Counted from the first letter of the stretch, positions 1 to 8,127 are shown. The stretch is DNA of 32,000 nucleotides from Nitrososphaeria archaeon (GCA_027078545.1 JALWXN010000004.1:705100-737099); one strand, 5' to 3'. Translations and numbers: made by a program. Notes: a model not told the origin generated them from the letters alone.

Positions 1-4
1 TTAG

Positions 5-1039
5 GTGGTGAGGTGTATGATCGCGGCGAGGGTGGGCATAATAGTGTTATGTCTAATTCTAGTAGGGTCTCTGGTGGTTACTGACGCTAAGCCCAGCGGT
101 GTCAGCTATCAAACAATAATTATCAACTCGCGTTATGAGGTGACTAGGGTTCATATGCCCTTCGAGTACGTGGATGATATGCTTGTTTACAATGAGCTGA
201 TGTTAGATGCATATGTATTGGTCAATGCCAGTATAGCTAATAAAAGTCAGCATAAGCCTTTCCTAAGGTTGATCGAGGAGGATCCGATTTTCTATGGGTT
301 ACTAAAGGACAAATTCATGCAGGAGAGAATAGTCTTGTTCCCTAACATGAATGTGTTCTGGGTAACTCTTGACAGCTTCTACGCTGAAGTGATGAATGCG
401 GATGAGGATGAGGCTCTGGAAGAGGTTTTGAGGCTAGCTGGCTATCTATGGTCTCTGCTCCGCTCTAATAAGATTCATGTAGATAGGGTTAGGGTGTACT
501 ATCTTCAGATACCGTTGGATCCGTACATACCTAGTGAGATGGAGATGTACTATGCGGATAAGTACTTCGGGTTGATGGACAACGGCTCTATACCCGAGTA
601 CGTCTTTATGTTCGGCTTCCTATATGGGCGTGATGCCATGATACCTCAGTTCGGTGGCTGGCTTAGCTGTAAGTTTGACGACACCAAGGTGTTGTATACC
701 CGTCAGGAGGTCCTGTCGGGTATCCGCTCCCTGGCGGATAGGATGTTTGGTGAGGGATCCCCAATAGTTGTGATCATCACATCAGAGTGCCCCGAGATAG
801 CGCCATTACCAGCTAGATTAAATGACGTTCAGGGGATGGATACTCAGGTCACCCCCAATACCACTCCTGGTGATGGTAATACCGAGCCTATAGCCAGGGA
901 TGGTAGGGATGTTGAGCGTGTGGATACGGGTCTTGAGGTTGGCGGGGTCGATGAGAGCTATCTACTATCCTTCCTGGCCGCTGTGGCTATAGTGTTGCTA
1001 ACCACTTTCGTGCTCCTGGGTAAGAGGCTTGGTGGCTAG
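5..1039 (+). CDS. Hypothetical cell-surface protein (signal/anchor N-terminus, Thr/Pro/Asp-rich stalk, C-terminal TM anchor)
   Basis: 344-aa ORF opening right after an in-frame TAG at 2-4. It has a hydrophobic N-terminus (IIVLCLILVGSLVV..DA/KPSG), a low-complexity linker (TPNTTPGDGNTEP) and a C-terminal helix (LLSFLAAVAIVLLTTFVLLGKR). ATG at 17 is an alternative start. No family recognised. Confidence 0.55.
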   Translation: MVRCMIAARVGIIVLCLILVGSLVVTDAKPSGVSYQTIIINSRYEVTRVHMPFEYVDDMLVYNELMLDAYVLVNASIANKSQHKPFLRLIEEDPIFYGLLKDKFMQERIVLFPNMNVFWVTLDSFYAEVMNADEDEALEEVLRLAGYLWSLLRSNKIHVDRVRVYYLQIPLDPYIPSEMEMYYADKYFGLMDNGSIPEYVFMFGFLYGRDAMIPQFGGWLSCKFDDTKVLYTRQEVLSGIRSLADRMFGEGSPIVVIITSECPEIAPLPARLNDVQGMDTQVTPNTTPGDGNTEPIARDGRDVERVDTGLEVGGVDESYLLSFLAAVAIVLLTTFVLLGKRLGG

Positions 1040-1461
1040 GGTTTCTGTACTACCCCCTCCCCCTCTTTATCTCCTCCCCTCTCGGTGAATAGGTTCTTAG
1101 CCTCCTCGGTGGATAGTAGATAGATTATCCCCAGGTTTATCACTATGAGTATGAAGCCTTGGGGGAGGAAGAGGGTAGCGACTATCCCAGCAGTTGCCGC
1201 CAGGGCGATGGCTATGTATCTCCCCCACCACCTCCTGAGTATTAGCCCTACCCCCGCGGCAACGGAGAGGCTGTTTATGAAGAGGATTATTATGATGTCG
1301 AGTAGGTAGAGGAGGGGCTGGTCCCTCTCCACTGGGAGGCCGGGCATCCTAGAGCCGGTTATGAGTGAGTATGCCAGGACACCTAGGTTTGCGGCTCCCC
1401 ATACTAGGTAGACCACGCCTAGACCCTGTATAACCGTCTTCAACGCCATGCTACTCCCCAC
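1036..1461 (-). CDS. Small integral membrane protein (4 predicted TM helices), paralog of the next gene
   Basis: 141-aa ORF made of four hydrophobic segments with an acidic C-terminal tail. It has the same length and architecture as the adjacent 1451-1876 ORF (GLILRRWWGRY vs GLYHGRIWSWY; YLLSTEEAKNLF vs YLASPGVKRFF). Confidence 0.6.
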   Translation of the reverse strand: MGSSMALKTVIQGLGVVYLVWGAANLGVLAYSLITGSRMPGLPVERDQPLLYLLDIIIILFINSLSVAAGVGLILRRWWGRYIAIALAATAGIVATLFLPQGFILIVINLGIIYLLSTEEAKNLFTERGGDKEGEGVVQKP

Positions 1462-1876
1462 CCATCGTCACATCCTCACCAGGCTCCTCCAGGAGGTTGA
1501 AGAACCTCTTCACCCCTGGGCTGGCGAGGTATGCAAGGGGTATTAGGAGGAGGCCTGCAAATACTATGTTGCCTATACTGAATATACTTGTGAAGAGTAT
1601 GTTGAGTATCCCCGTGAGTATGAGTAGGACCTCCCCATACCAGGACCATATCCTCCCGTGGTAGAGGCCATAGCTCATCATGAATCCCAGGCCCGAGAGG
1701 ATCATGATCGTGGTGGATATGTATAGGACCTGTACAAGCCCAACTTCACCGTTATCTACCATCGTTATGGGGAGGAGTAGGGTTGTTATGGCGGTGAAGA
1801 ATAGTAGGGTGGAGAAGGCTATCTGTATGAGTGACAGGACCACTATGCCTGTTGGCCTCTCGACGCCCCTGTCCAT
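1451..1876 (-). CDS. Small integral membrane protein (4 predicted TM helices), tandem paralog
   Basis: 141-aa ORF that overlaps the downstream paralog by 11 nt. It has four hydrophobic segments and an acidic C-terminus (LLEEPGEDV). Confidence 0.6.
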   Translation of the reverse strand: MDRGVERPTGIVVLSLIQIAFSTLLFFTAITTLLLPITMVDNGEVGLVQVLYISTTIMILSGLGFMMSYGLYHGRIWSWYGEVLLILTGILNILFTSIFSIGNIVFAGLLLIPLAYLASPGVKRFFNLLEEPGEDVTMGGE

Positions 1877-1917
1877 GACAAGATGTATATCATGGCGAGT
1901 AGGTATAATAGTGTGGC

Positions 1918-2388
1918 ATGGAGGGGCTGGGGGATAGGTACGACGCCTCTGTCGAGGCCTATGAGAAGCTCTACTCGGGTATAAACACTAGGAAGTATAT
2001 GGTCCTCCTAGACAGGCTGGGTGATGGCGACCTACTCGAGATAGGTATTGGGACTGGCTACCACTGCGGACTTATCGGGGGCTACGGGGTAGGCGTGGAT
2101 ATAAGCCTCGAGAGTCTTAGGAGGGCGTCGGGGAGATGTGGAAACCTTGATCTTATCTATGGCGATGTTAGGCATGGCTTCCTCAGGCCCGGATTCAGGA
2201 GGGGCTTAGCAGTGTCGACATGCCACCACATCGGGCTAGATAAATGTATCGAGATACTGGGCAGGCTTACCGAGAGATGGGCGGCTGGGCTCCTAGCAAA
2301 ACTGGTTAGTGATGACCTCCTCCAGATGCTTAGCGAGGACTATGAGGTTGTGAGGCTCTGGGACGAGGTATTCATACTAGGGCCCTAG
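1918..2388 (+). CDS. Short class I SAM-dependent methyltransferase-like protein
   Basis: Motif I LLEIGIGTGY, followed by the acidic post-I strand VGVDIS and then LIYGDV. At 156 aa it is short for the fold, so the call is tentative. Confidence 0.5.
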   Translation: MEGLGDRYDASVEAYEKLYSGINTRKYMVLLDRLGDGDLLEIGIGTGYHCGLIGGYGVGVDISLESLRRASGRCGNLDLIYGDVRHGFLRPGFRRGLAVSTCHHIGLDKCIEILGRLTERWAAGLLAKLVSDDLLQMLSEDYEVVRLWDEVFILGP

Positions 2389-2519
2389 TGGGATCCCAAT
2401 TGGAGTCACTCCTCATCCCATGAAGGGTCAGAACCCTTTAGCGGTCATCTCCCACTCAAATAGGATTGGCTAGAGAGAAAATTATCCCGTTTTAACCCTG
2501 GAGGGTGGAATGTATTCTT

Positions 2520-2584
2520 GGCGATGATATAGGATCAACCGGCTGACCCCCAAGGGGGATGAAGAGTTTTACCCATGTTGAGCC
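2520..2584 (+). ncRNA. Candidate archaeal C/D-box sRNA (2'-O-methylation guide)
   Basis: In the 251-nt gap before the aminopeptidase: C-like AUGAUAU (2524-2530), a 12-nt guide, D' CUGA (2543-2546), C' AUGAAGA (2559-2565), a 12-nt guide, D-like UUGA (2578-2581). A terminal 3-bp stem joins ggc (2520-2522) to gcc (2582-2584). The C-box G6->A change is matched by D-box C1->U, which preserves the stem-II pair. The boxes are degenerate and no target was checked. Confidence 0.4.
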
Positions 2585-2603
2585 TTCAAGCAGATGGGAT
2601 GAA

Positions 2604-2615
2604 CCCTTTATTCCC
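2604..2615 (+). promoter_or_regulatory. Putative BRE/TATA element (CCCTTTATTCCC) for the aminopeptidase gene
   Basis: The TTTATT core is centred about 31 nt upstream of ATG 2640, which fits a leaderless transcript. The same 12-mer occurs about 36-39 nt upstream of the regulator gene at 19857. Confidence 0.3.
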
Positions 2616-2639
2616 GACCCCGGCTAATCACCTATATAC

Positions 2640-5111
2640 ATGGTCGTAGAGGCCTATCGAAAGGTGGGTAGGGGGTTCACCTTCCCCGGCTATGAAGCGA
2701 GGTTCACCCCTAGGCCCGGCTACCTACTCACACATGCATCGATAGAGGTGTGGATCAAGCCTGTGGAGAAGACCCTTGAGGGCGTGGTGGAGTATAAGAT
2801 CTCCTCGGGTGAGAGGGCTAGGAGGATCGAGCTCGACGCCTCGGAGATGGAGATCCTGGAGGTCCTGGTTGATGGGGAGCCGGTAGAGTTTAGATATACC
2901 GGTGAGAAGCTGGTAATACCCTTTACACCCCCTCTTACAAGGAGGATTAGGAGCCTCGTCGTCAGGTATCGGGTTGTGGATCCCAGGTATGGCCTCTACT
3001 TCATAGAGGACCCGCCTATGGTATATACCCAGGGGGAGACGATATGGACTAGCTACTGGCTCCCCACCTATAGGGAGCCTAACATGAGGATCTCCTTCGA
3101 CATGACTATCCACGCACCAGCCGAGTGGAGGGCCTTCTCAAACGGCGTCCTAGTCTCGGCCGAGAGGGTTGGGGGCGAGTCTATATGGAGATACAGCTTC
3201 AGCTACCCAGTCCCGACCTACCTCATAGCCTTCGCGGCGGGCCGCTTCACCGTTGAGAGGGAGGATTATAGGGGTATCCAGCTCGAGTATATAGTGGCTG
3301 AGGGTGAGGAGGCCAAGATAGAGCCTACCTTCAGGATGACCCGGGACATGATGAGGTTCTTCGAGGAGTGGCTCGGGGTACAGTATCCCTACCCGGTCTA
3401 TAGACAGGTCATGGTTAGGGACTTCGTCGTGGGTGGTATGGAGAACGTATCGATAACTATCCTTAATGACGCCACACTCATGGATGAGCATTCCAAGAAG
3501 GACTTCAGGGTCGAGGATCTCCTGAGCCATGAGCTTGCCCACCAGTGGTTCGGAGACCTAGTCACGTGTAGGGACTGGAGCCATATATGGATAAACGAGG
3601 GCTTCGCCACCTTCCTCAACCTACTGTATATCAGGCACTGGCTCGGGATGGATGAATACATATATAGCCTCTTAGGAGTCATGGATAGGTACCTCGAGGA
3701 GACGAGGAGGTATACAAGGCCGACTGTATATAGGGTGTATAGATATCCCGAGGAGCTCTTCGACAGGCACGTCTATGAACGGGGAGCCCTGATCCTAAAC
3801 ATGCTGATGAACCTACTGGGGGAGGAGGTCTTCAGGAAGGCTGTTAAGAAGTTCCTCAACCGTTACCGCTTCCAGAACGTGGATACTGAGGATCTCAGGA
3901 AGACTTTTGAGGAGGTCTCCGGCGAGGATCTCGACTGGTTCTTCGAGACATTCGTCTACAACGCGGGGCATATGGAGCTGGAGGTCTCTGTGGAGCCCCT
4001 GGAGGATCAGCAGGCTGTCAGGATAGACATATCACAGAGGCAGGGTGTGGATATGCCGGAGGTCTATAAAGTGCCTATCGAGGTGGAGGTTGTCGGGGAT
4101 GGCTGGAGCATAAGGAGGACATACAGGCTTGAGAAGAGGGATGAGCGGATAATAATGCCTGTTAGGAAGGGCTTCAAATATGTACTGGTGGATCCGGACT
4201 TCAAGTTGATGGCTAGGATCAGGCCTAAGTATCCCCTCGACATGCTGGGTGAGATACTCCTCGGCTCCAAGAGCACTTATTGGAGGCTCCTAGCCGCGAG
4301 GGCACTAGGGGAGAAGAAGGGGAAGAGGGTGGTCGACCTACTCGTAGAGGCGATAAGGAGGAGCGGCTTCTATGGTGTAGCCAAGGAGGCGGCGGTATCA
4401 CTCGGCCTCGAAGGCTCGGACTATGCGAAGAAGATGCTTAGGGAGCTGCTTGGGGAGGATCTACACCCCAGGGTGAGGGCCGCCCTAGTAAGATCCCTAG
4501 GAGGCTATAGGGACGAGGGTGATGCCCAGCTATTCATTGACATCCTTAGGGATCCCGGTGAGCCCTACGGGGTCAGGGCGGAGGCTGCCCAGGCCCTCGG
4601 CAAGACAAGGTATAGAGGGGGTATAGATGTGCTTAGATCCATACTTAATGAGTGGAGCTATGCATATGTTGTCCAGAGATATGCACTCAGAGGCCTAGCG
4701 GAGTATGACGATGACGAGGCCTTCCAGGAGATACTTAGGAGATCGAGGCCCGGGAACCCCCTACCGATAAGGGTGGAGGCTATTACACAGCTGGGCAGGT
4801 ATCCGGAGAGGAAGGAGGTCTACAGGGCTCTTGACGAGTATGCCTCGGACAGGCATGAGCGGGTCAGGAGGGCCGTGGTAGCCGCGGCTAGGCAGCTGAT
4901 GAATAGGCGGGCATTACCCATTATTGAGAAGATACTTAGGGACGAGGCCAACGGGTTCATAGCCAAGGCATGCCTCCTGGCAAGGAGAGAGGTTGAGGAG
5001 GCCCTGGAGAAGGGTGAGGAGTATAAGAGGCTTATAAAGAAGCTGGAGGAGATCGAGAGCCGCTGGAGAGACATATACAGTAGGATCGAGGTGCTCGACA
5101 TCCATGGATAG
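2640..5111 (+). CDS. M1-family zinc aminopeptidase (aminopeptidase N / tricorn-interacting-factor-like) with C-terminal HEAT-like repeats
   Basis: Exopeptidase motif VGGMENV. Zinc site HELAH-x18-E (HELAHQWFGDLVTCRDWSHIWINEGFATF). The C-terminal ~270 aa carry repeated VR..A..ALG-type HEAT/PBS-lyase-like units and a terminal coiled-coil-like EEYKRLIKKLEEIESRW. Confidence 0.9.
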   Translation: MVVEAYRKVGRGFTFPGYEARFTPRPGYLLTHASIEVWIKPVEKTLEGVVEYKISSGERARRIELDASEMEILEVLVDGEPVEFRYTGEKLVIPFTPPLTRRIRSLVVRYRVVDPRYGLYFIEDPPMVYTQGETIWTSYWLPTYREPNMRISFDMTIHAPAEWRAFSNGVLVSAERVGGESIWRYSFSYPVPTYLIAFAAGRFTVEREDYRGIQLEYIVAEGEEAKIEPTFRMTRDMMRFFEEWLGVQYPYPVYRQVMVRDFVVGGMENVSITILNDATLMDEHSKKDFRVEDLLSHELAHQWFGDLVTCRDWSHIWINEGFATFLNLLYIRHWLGMDEYIYSLLGVMDRYLEETRRYTRPTVYRVYRYPEELFDRHVYERGALILNMLMNLLGEEVFRKAVKKFLNRYRFQNVDTEDLRKTFEEVSGEDLDWFFETFVYNAGHMELEVSVEPLEDQQAVRIDISQRQGVDMPEVYKVPIEVEVVGDGWSIRRTYRLEKRDERIIMPVRKGFKYVLVDPDFKLMARIRPKYPLDMLGEILLGSKSTYWRLLAARALGEKKGKRVVDLLVEAIRRSGFYGVAKEAAVSLGLEGSDYAKKMLRELLGEDLHPRVRAALVRSLGGYRDEGDAQLFIDILRDPGEPYGVRAEAAQALGKTRYRGGIDVLRSILNEWSYAYVVQRYALRGLAEYDDDEAFQEILRRSRPGNPLPIRVEAITQLGRYPERKEVYRALDEYASDRHERVRRAVVAAARQLMNRRALPIIEKILRDEANGFIAKACLLARREVEEALEKGEEYKRLIKKLEEIESRWRDIYSRIEVLDIHG

Positions 5112-5210
5112 CATAGAGAAGCGCTATATCGCCGATTTCAATACTTAATTATAAGTAGGTCGTATATACGAATCGGTATATTGGCCTAATAACATAATTT
5201 ATATTTTTCA

Positions 5211-5771
5211 ATGAGGACGAGTAGAGCCATCATACTTTTGGCGCTGTTGACGCTCTTAGCACTGGTAGGTACTGCGGTCTTCGTCTACCTACCAGTGAAC
5301 GTCACCATCAATTCCGTAGGCCCACCAGTGATATTCCAGGCCGGTTCCAACGCTGGTGGAACTGATCTGGGCGGCAACACAATTCAAGTGACACTTGGGC
5401 CAAACTCGTCTAGTGCAACGATAGTTCTCCACCCAACGTATCAGAAGACATATTACCACGATATACTCCAGGTCTCTAACCCATCTCCCCCGGCTGGTGA
5501 CAACTACTACATAGGTATAAAGGTAGTATCACCCCTCACTGGAGCCGCCTTCTCATCAGCCGTTGCTAGGGTCTACGACTCTGCGAACAACCTCTTATTC
5601 ACAGCGGACCTGAAGACAGCTGGTACATATGGCTGGGCCACGCTTCTCCCAGATGGCCAGACATTCAGGATAGATATAGAGATAGTTATTACTGAGGGTG
5701 TCCCACTACCCAGCGGGTCGGTGACGTTCGAGCTAGTCTACAGCCCGCAGAGCGTGACGCCGCCACCGTAG
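5211..5771 (+). CDS. Secreted Cys-free beta-rich protein; candidate major subunit of a SipW-dependent (TasA/ABP/thread/cannula-like) filament
   Basis: N-terminal signal (RAIILLALLTLLALVGTA). The mature start VFVYLPVNVTINSVGPPV and the block VTLGPNSSSATI are shared with the next ORF. It has 2 N-x-S/T sequons and lies in an apparent operon with a signal peptidase I. The fold and family are not verified. Confidence 0.55.
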   Translation: MRTSRAIILLALLTLLALVGTAVFVYLPVNVTINSVGPPVIFQAGSNAGGTDLGGNTIQVTLGPNSSSATIVLHPTYQKTYYHDILQVSNPSPPAGDNYYIGIKVVSPLTGAAFSSAVARVYDSANNLLFTADLKTAGTYGWATLLPDGQTFRIDIEIVITEGVPLPSGSVTFELVYSPQSVTPPP

Positions 5772-5776
5772 TAGCG

Positions 5777-6985
5777 ATGCTCTCCAGGATAGTGGCTATA
5801 CCCCTCATACCAATACTTTTTTTCATACCATATGTCCTGGGTGCAGAGTTTAGCTACTATCCTACATCCCTCACCCTTAATTCCGTCTCTCCCCCCATAT
5901 CACTGTATGATCCTGGGGTGTCGGGGGTAACGGTCTCCCTAGGGCCTAACTCGACTAGTGCCTCTATAACTGTTAAGGCTAGCGCACAGCCCTTCGATAT
6001 AGTGGCTAATAGCGACTTTATAGGGCCTAGCCCCTGGCTATTCATCCCAGGCACGGACCTGATTAGTGCCACGGTTCTCCCGAGCTACTTAGGTAGGGTG
6101 GGTGTTGCTAATGTCTCTGGATCAGGTTCTCTCTTCACGGGATATACGGACTCGGCGTTCCTCTATCAGCAGATTACTTGGCCGACGACGCCTATCCTAT
6201 TCGCCAATGTATATCTCGAGGCCTGTGTAGAGTATGCAGTGACCTCGGGCTTCTCAATACTTCTCCTCGACGCCACCGTATTCGTGGTTGATGCCAATAC
6301 GTTGGCCGTGGTAGACTCGATAACCTTCATCCTAGACGTAGGATCATCATCCACCTGTACATGGAACACCTATACTGGTGGCCTGAACGTGGGTGCTTAT
6401 ACCCCTGGTGGGACGTACTACTTCCTTATCAGGTATAGGGTGCAGAGCCTCTTTACACTCTTCGGTGGCTCGTACTATGCCAGGTTCTATACCGATCTGG
6501 CGAACATCACGGTTGCACCGGCTAACCCCACCTTCCTAGGTATATTCCTACTTGCCAATGCGTCTACAGGTATTTATAACGCCTCGCTGAGCCTCGTATC
6601 AGCCAGCTTCACCGGCACCGTGGATGCCAATATATGGCTGAGGAACAATACGGTCCAGGTCCAGTCCAGCTCGATCACTATATCGGCCTCCACGATAGTC
6701 ACCAGCCAGACATCAGAGCTCATCGTTACAACGGTTCCACCTGGATATTATAGTCTCGAGATGTGGCTGGACACCACGATCTCGCCTGGTGCCTCGGCCA
6801 CCCTAAACCTGGTCCTCAAGTATAGGATTCAGGACGGTGTTTATGTCGAGTACCCCATCCTGCTCAATATTGTTGACCCTCCCGATAGGGGTGGCCAGCC
6901 TAGTGAACCCCCTGATAAGATCTTCAAGATCTTATCTATTGATCCGCCCCCATATATTGAGTTCTTGAGGAGCTATGATCCGTAG
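5777..6985 (+). CDS. Secreted, sequon-rich beta-rich protein; candidate minor/tip or anchor subunit paralogous at its N-terminus to the 5211 product
   Basis: Signal peptide (IVAIPLIPILFFIPYVLGA). The blocks EFSYYPTSLTLNSVSPPI and VSLGPNSTSASI match the upstream protein. It has 6 N-x-S/T sequons and V/T/S/Y-rich composition. It starts 6 nt after a double stop (tagtag) and overlaps the signal peptidase gene by 11 nt. Confidence 0.55.
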   Translation: MLSRIVAIPLIPILFFIPYVLGAEFSYYPTSLTLNSVSPPISLYDPGVSGVTVSLGPNSTSASITVKASAQPFDIVANSDFIGPSPWLFIPGTDLISATVLPSYLGRVGVANVSGSGSLFTGYTDSAFLYQQITWPTTPILFANVYLEACVEYAVTSGFSILLLDATVFVVDANTLAVVDSITFILDVGSSSTCTWNTYTGGLNVGAYTPGGTYYFLIRYRVQSLFTLFGGSYYARFYTDLANITVAPANPTFLGIFLLANASTGIYNASLSLVSASFTGTVDANIWLRNNTVQVQSSSITISASTIVTSQTSELIVTTVPPGYYSLEMWLDTTISPGASATLNLVLKYRIQDGVYVEYPILLNIVDPPDRGGQPSEPPDKIFKILSIDPPPYIEFLRSYDP

Positions 6986-7388
6986 GCCGGGGCCCACGAC
7001 ACTTATCGTACTAGTATTCGCCATACTGGTTCTCGGACGCTTCGTGGGTAGCCCGGTTGCAGCTGTGGTGATTGTTGGGCCCTCTATGGAGCCTACCCTG
7101 AACGTGGGTGACCTGGTCATTCTCCGCTGGGCCGATCCGGAGGTTGGGGATATAGTCCTCTGGTGTAACACCCTGATGAACTGTGTTCTACACCGTGTTG
7201 TTGAGGTGGGCAAGGACTATATAGTTACGAGGGGAGACGCCAACGACATCAATGACCCTCCCGTCCTGAGGGAGCAGGTTAGATATGAGGCCCTACTATC
7301 GATACCCAGGTATCTATGGATACCCGGCCTAGCCATACTGGTTATAGGTGCACATCTATATGAGAAGAGGAAGGAGGGGGGCGATTAA
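6975..7388 (+). CDS. Signal peptidase I, archaeal/ER Sec11-SipW type (S26B)
   Basis: N-terminal TM, Ser box GPSMEPTL, His box VLHRVV, box E TRGDANDINDP and a C-terminal TM (YLWIPGLAILVIGAHLY). Confidence 0.85.
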   Translation: MIRRPGPTTLIVLVFAILVLGRFVGSPVAAVVIVGPSMEPTLNVGDLVILRWADPEVGDIVLWCNTLMNCVLHRVVEVGKDYIVTRGDANDINDPPVLREQVRYEALLSIPRYLWIPGLAILVIGAHLYEKRKEGGD

Positions 7389-8127
7389 GGGGCTCGTAGC
7401 TGGCGGCCTAGGCCTATGGCTCTACAGCTTTTACGAGCCAGTCCTAAGGATAGAGTTAGTGAGGCATAGGATTGACCTTGACCTGGGGCTGGAGATCCTC
7501 TTCGTGACTGACACCCATCTCCACGGTGTCCCGGGTAGGGAGGATAGCGTCATAAAGCTTGTTGAGGATCTCTCTAGGGAGGTAGACCTCACGATACTGG
7601 GGGGAGACATGTATGACGAGTTCTCGGAGAGCCTGGAGAGCTTCTCATCCCTCCTAGATGCGATAAGTGGCGAGGCTATCATGGTTCTCGGTAACCATGA
7701 ACACTGGGCTGCCGATAGGTATCCCCTCGAAGAGACTATAGAGATGGCTGAGTCGAGAGGCGTGACTGTGCTTAGGAACGGGGTGGTGGAGTATAAAGGT
7801 CTCCATATCGGAGGGGTAGACTGGTATGGTGATAACCCGCAGCTGGCGAGGAGGTACTACAGGGACGTTGGGAGTGTAGATATCCTGGTATCCCACACAC
7901 CCGACATACTTGGTGATGCGGAGGTCGATGCACGCCTCGTATTGGCTGGCCATACGCATGGTGGCCAGATACTGGGTCCACTTGGGCTGATAACGAATAG
8001 TAGGCATGGCTATGTAAGCGGCTTCTATAGGAGGGGTGAGGCCCTGATGTATGTCTCTAGGGGGGCTGGGGAGATTATTCCCTTCCGCCTATTGACGCCC
8101 CGGGAGGTCACATTACTAAGCGTCTAG
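7348..8127 (+). CDS. Membrane-anchored calcineurin-like metallophosphoesterase
   Basis: Motifs FVTDTHLH (DxH), GGDMYDE (GD), GNHEHW (GNHE), SHTPD and AGHTHGGQ (GHxH), plus one N-terminal TM. ATG 7360 is an alternative start. It overlaps the 3' end of the peptidase gene. Confidence 0.85.
   Translation: MHIYMRRGRRGAIKGLVAGGLGLWLYSFYEPVLRIELVRHRIDLDLGLEILFVTDTHLHGVPGREDSVIKLVEDLSREVDLTILGGDMYDEFSESLESFSSLLDAISGEAIMVLGNHEHWAADRYPLEETIEMAESRGVTVLRNGVVEYKGLHIGGVDWYGDNPQLARRYYRDVGSVDILVSHTPDILGDAEVDARLVLAGHTHGGQILGPLGLITNSRHGYVSGFYRRGEALMYVSRGAGEIIPFRLLTPREVTLLSV

Noticed and set aside
2432-2612. Direct repeat GAACCCTTTA at about 2436-2447 and 2601-2610, considered as paired promoter or repeat elements flanking the sRNA candidate
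   Set aside because: Only 10 nt are shared. The first copy is not positioned about 25-30 nt from the candidate sRNA 5' end, so there is insufficient support beyond the second copy's role as the aminopeptidase TATA region.
2724-5114. Several 66-130-aa minus-strand ORFs (2724-3113, 3150-3542, 3398-3682, 4064-4276, 4820-5101, 4914-5114)
   Set aside because: All are nested antisense within the M1 aminopeptidase gene, whose motifs are unambiguous. Their products are compositionally odd and carry no signals.
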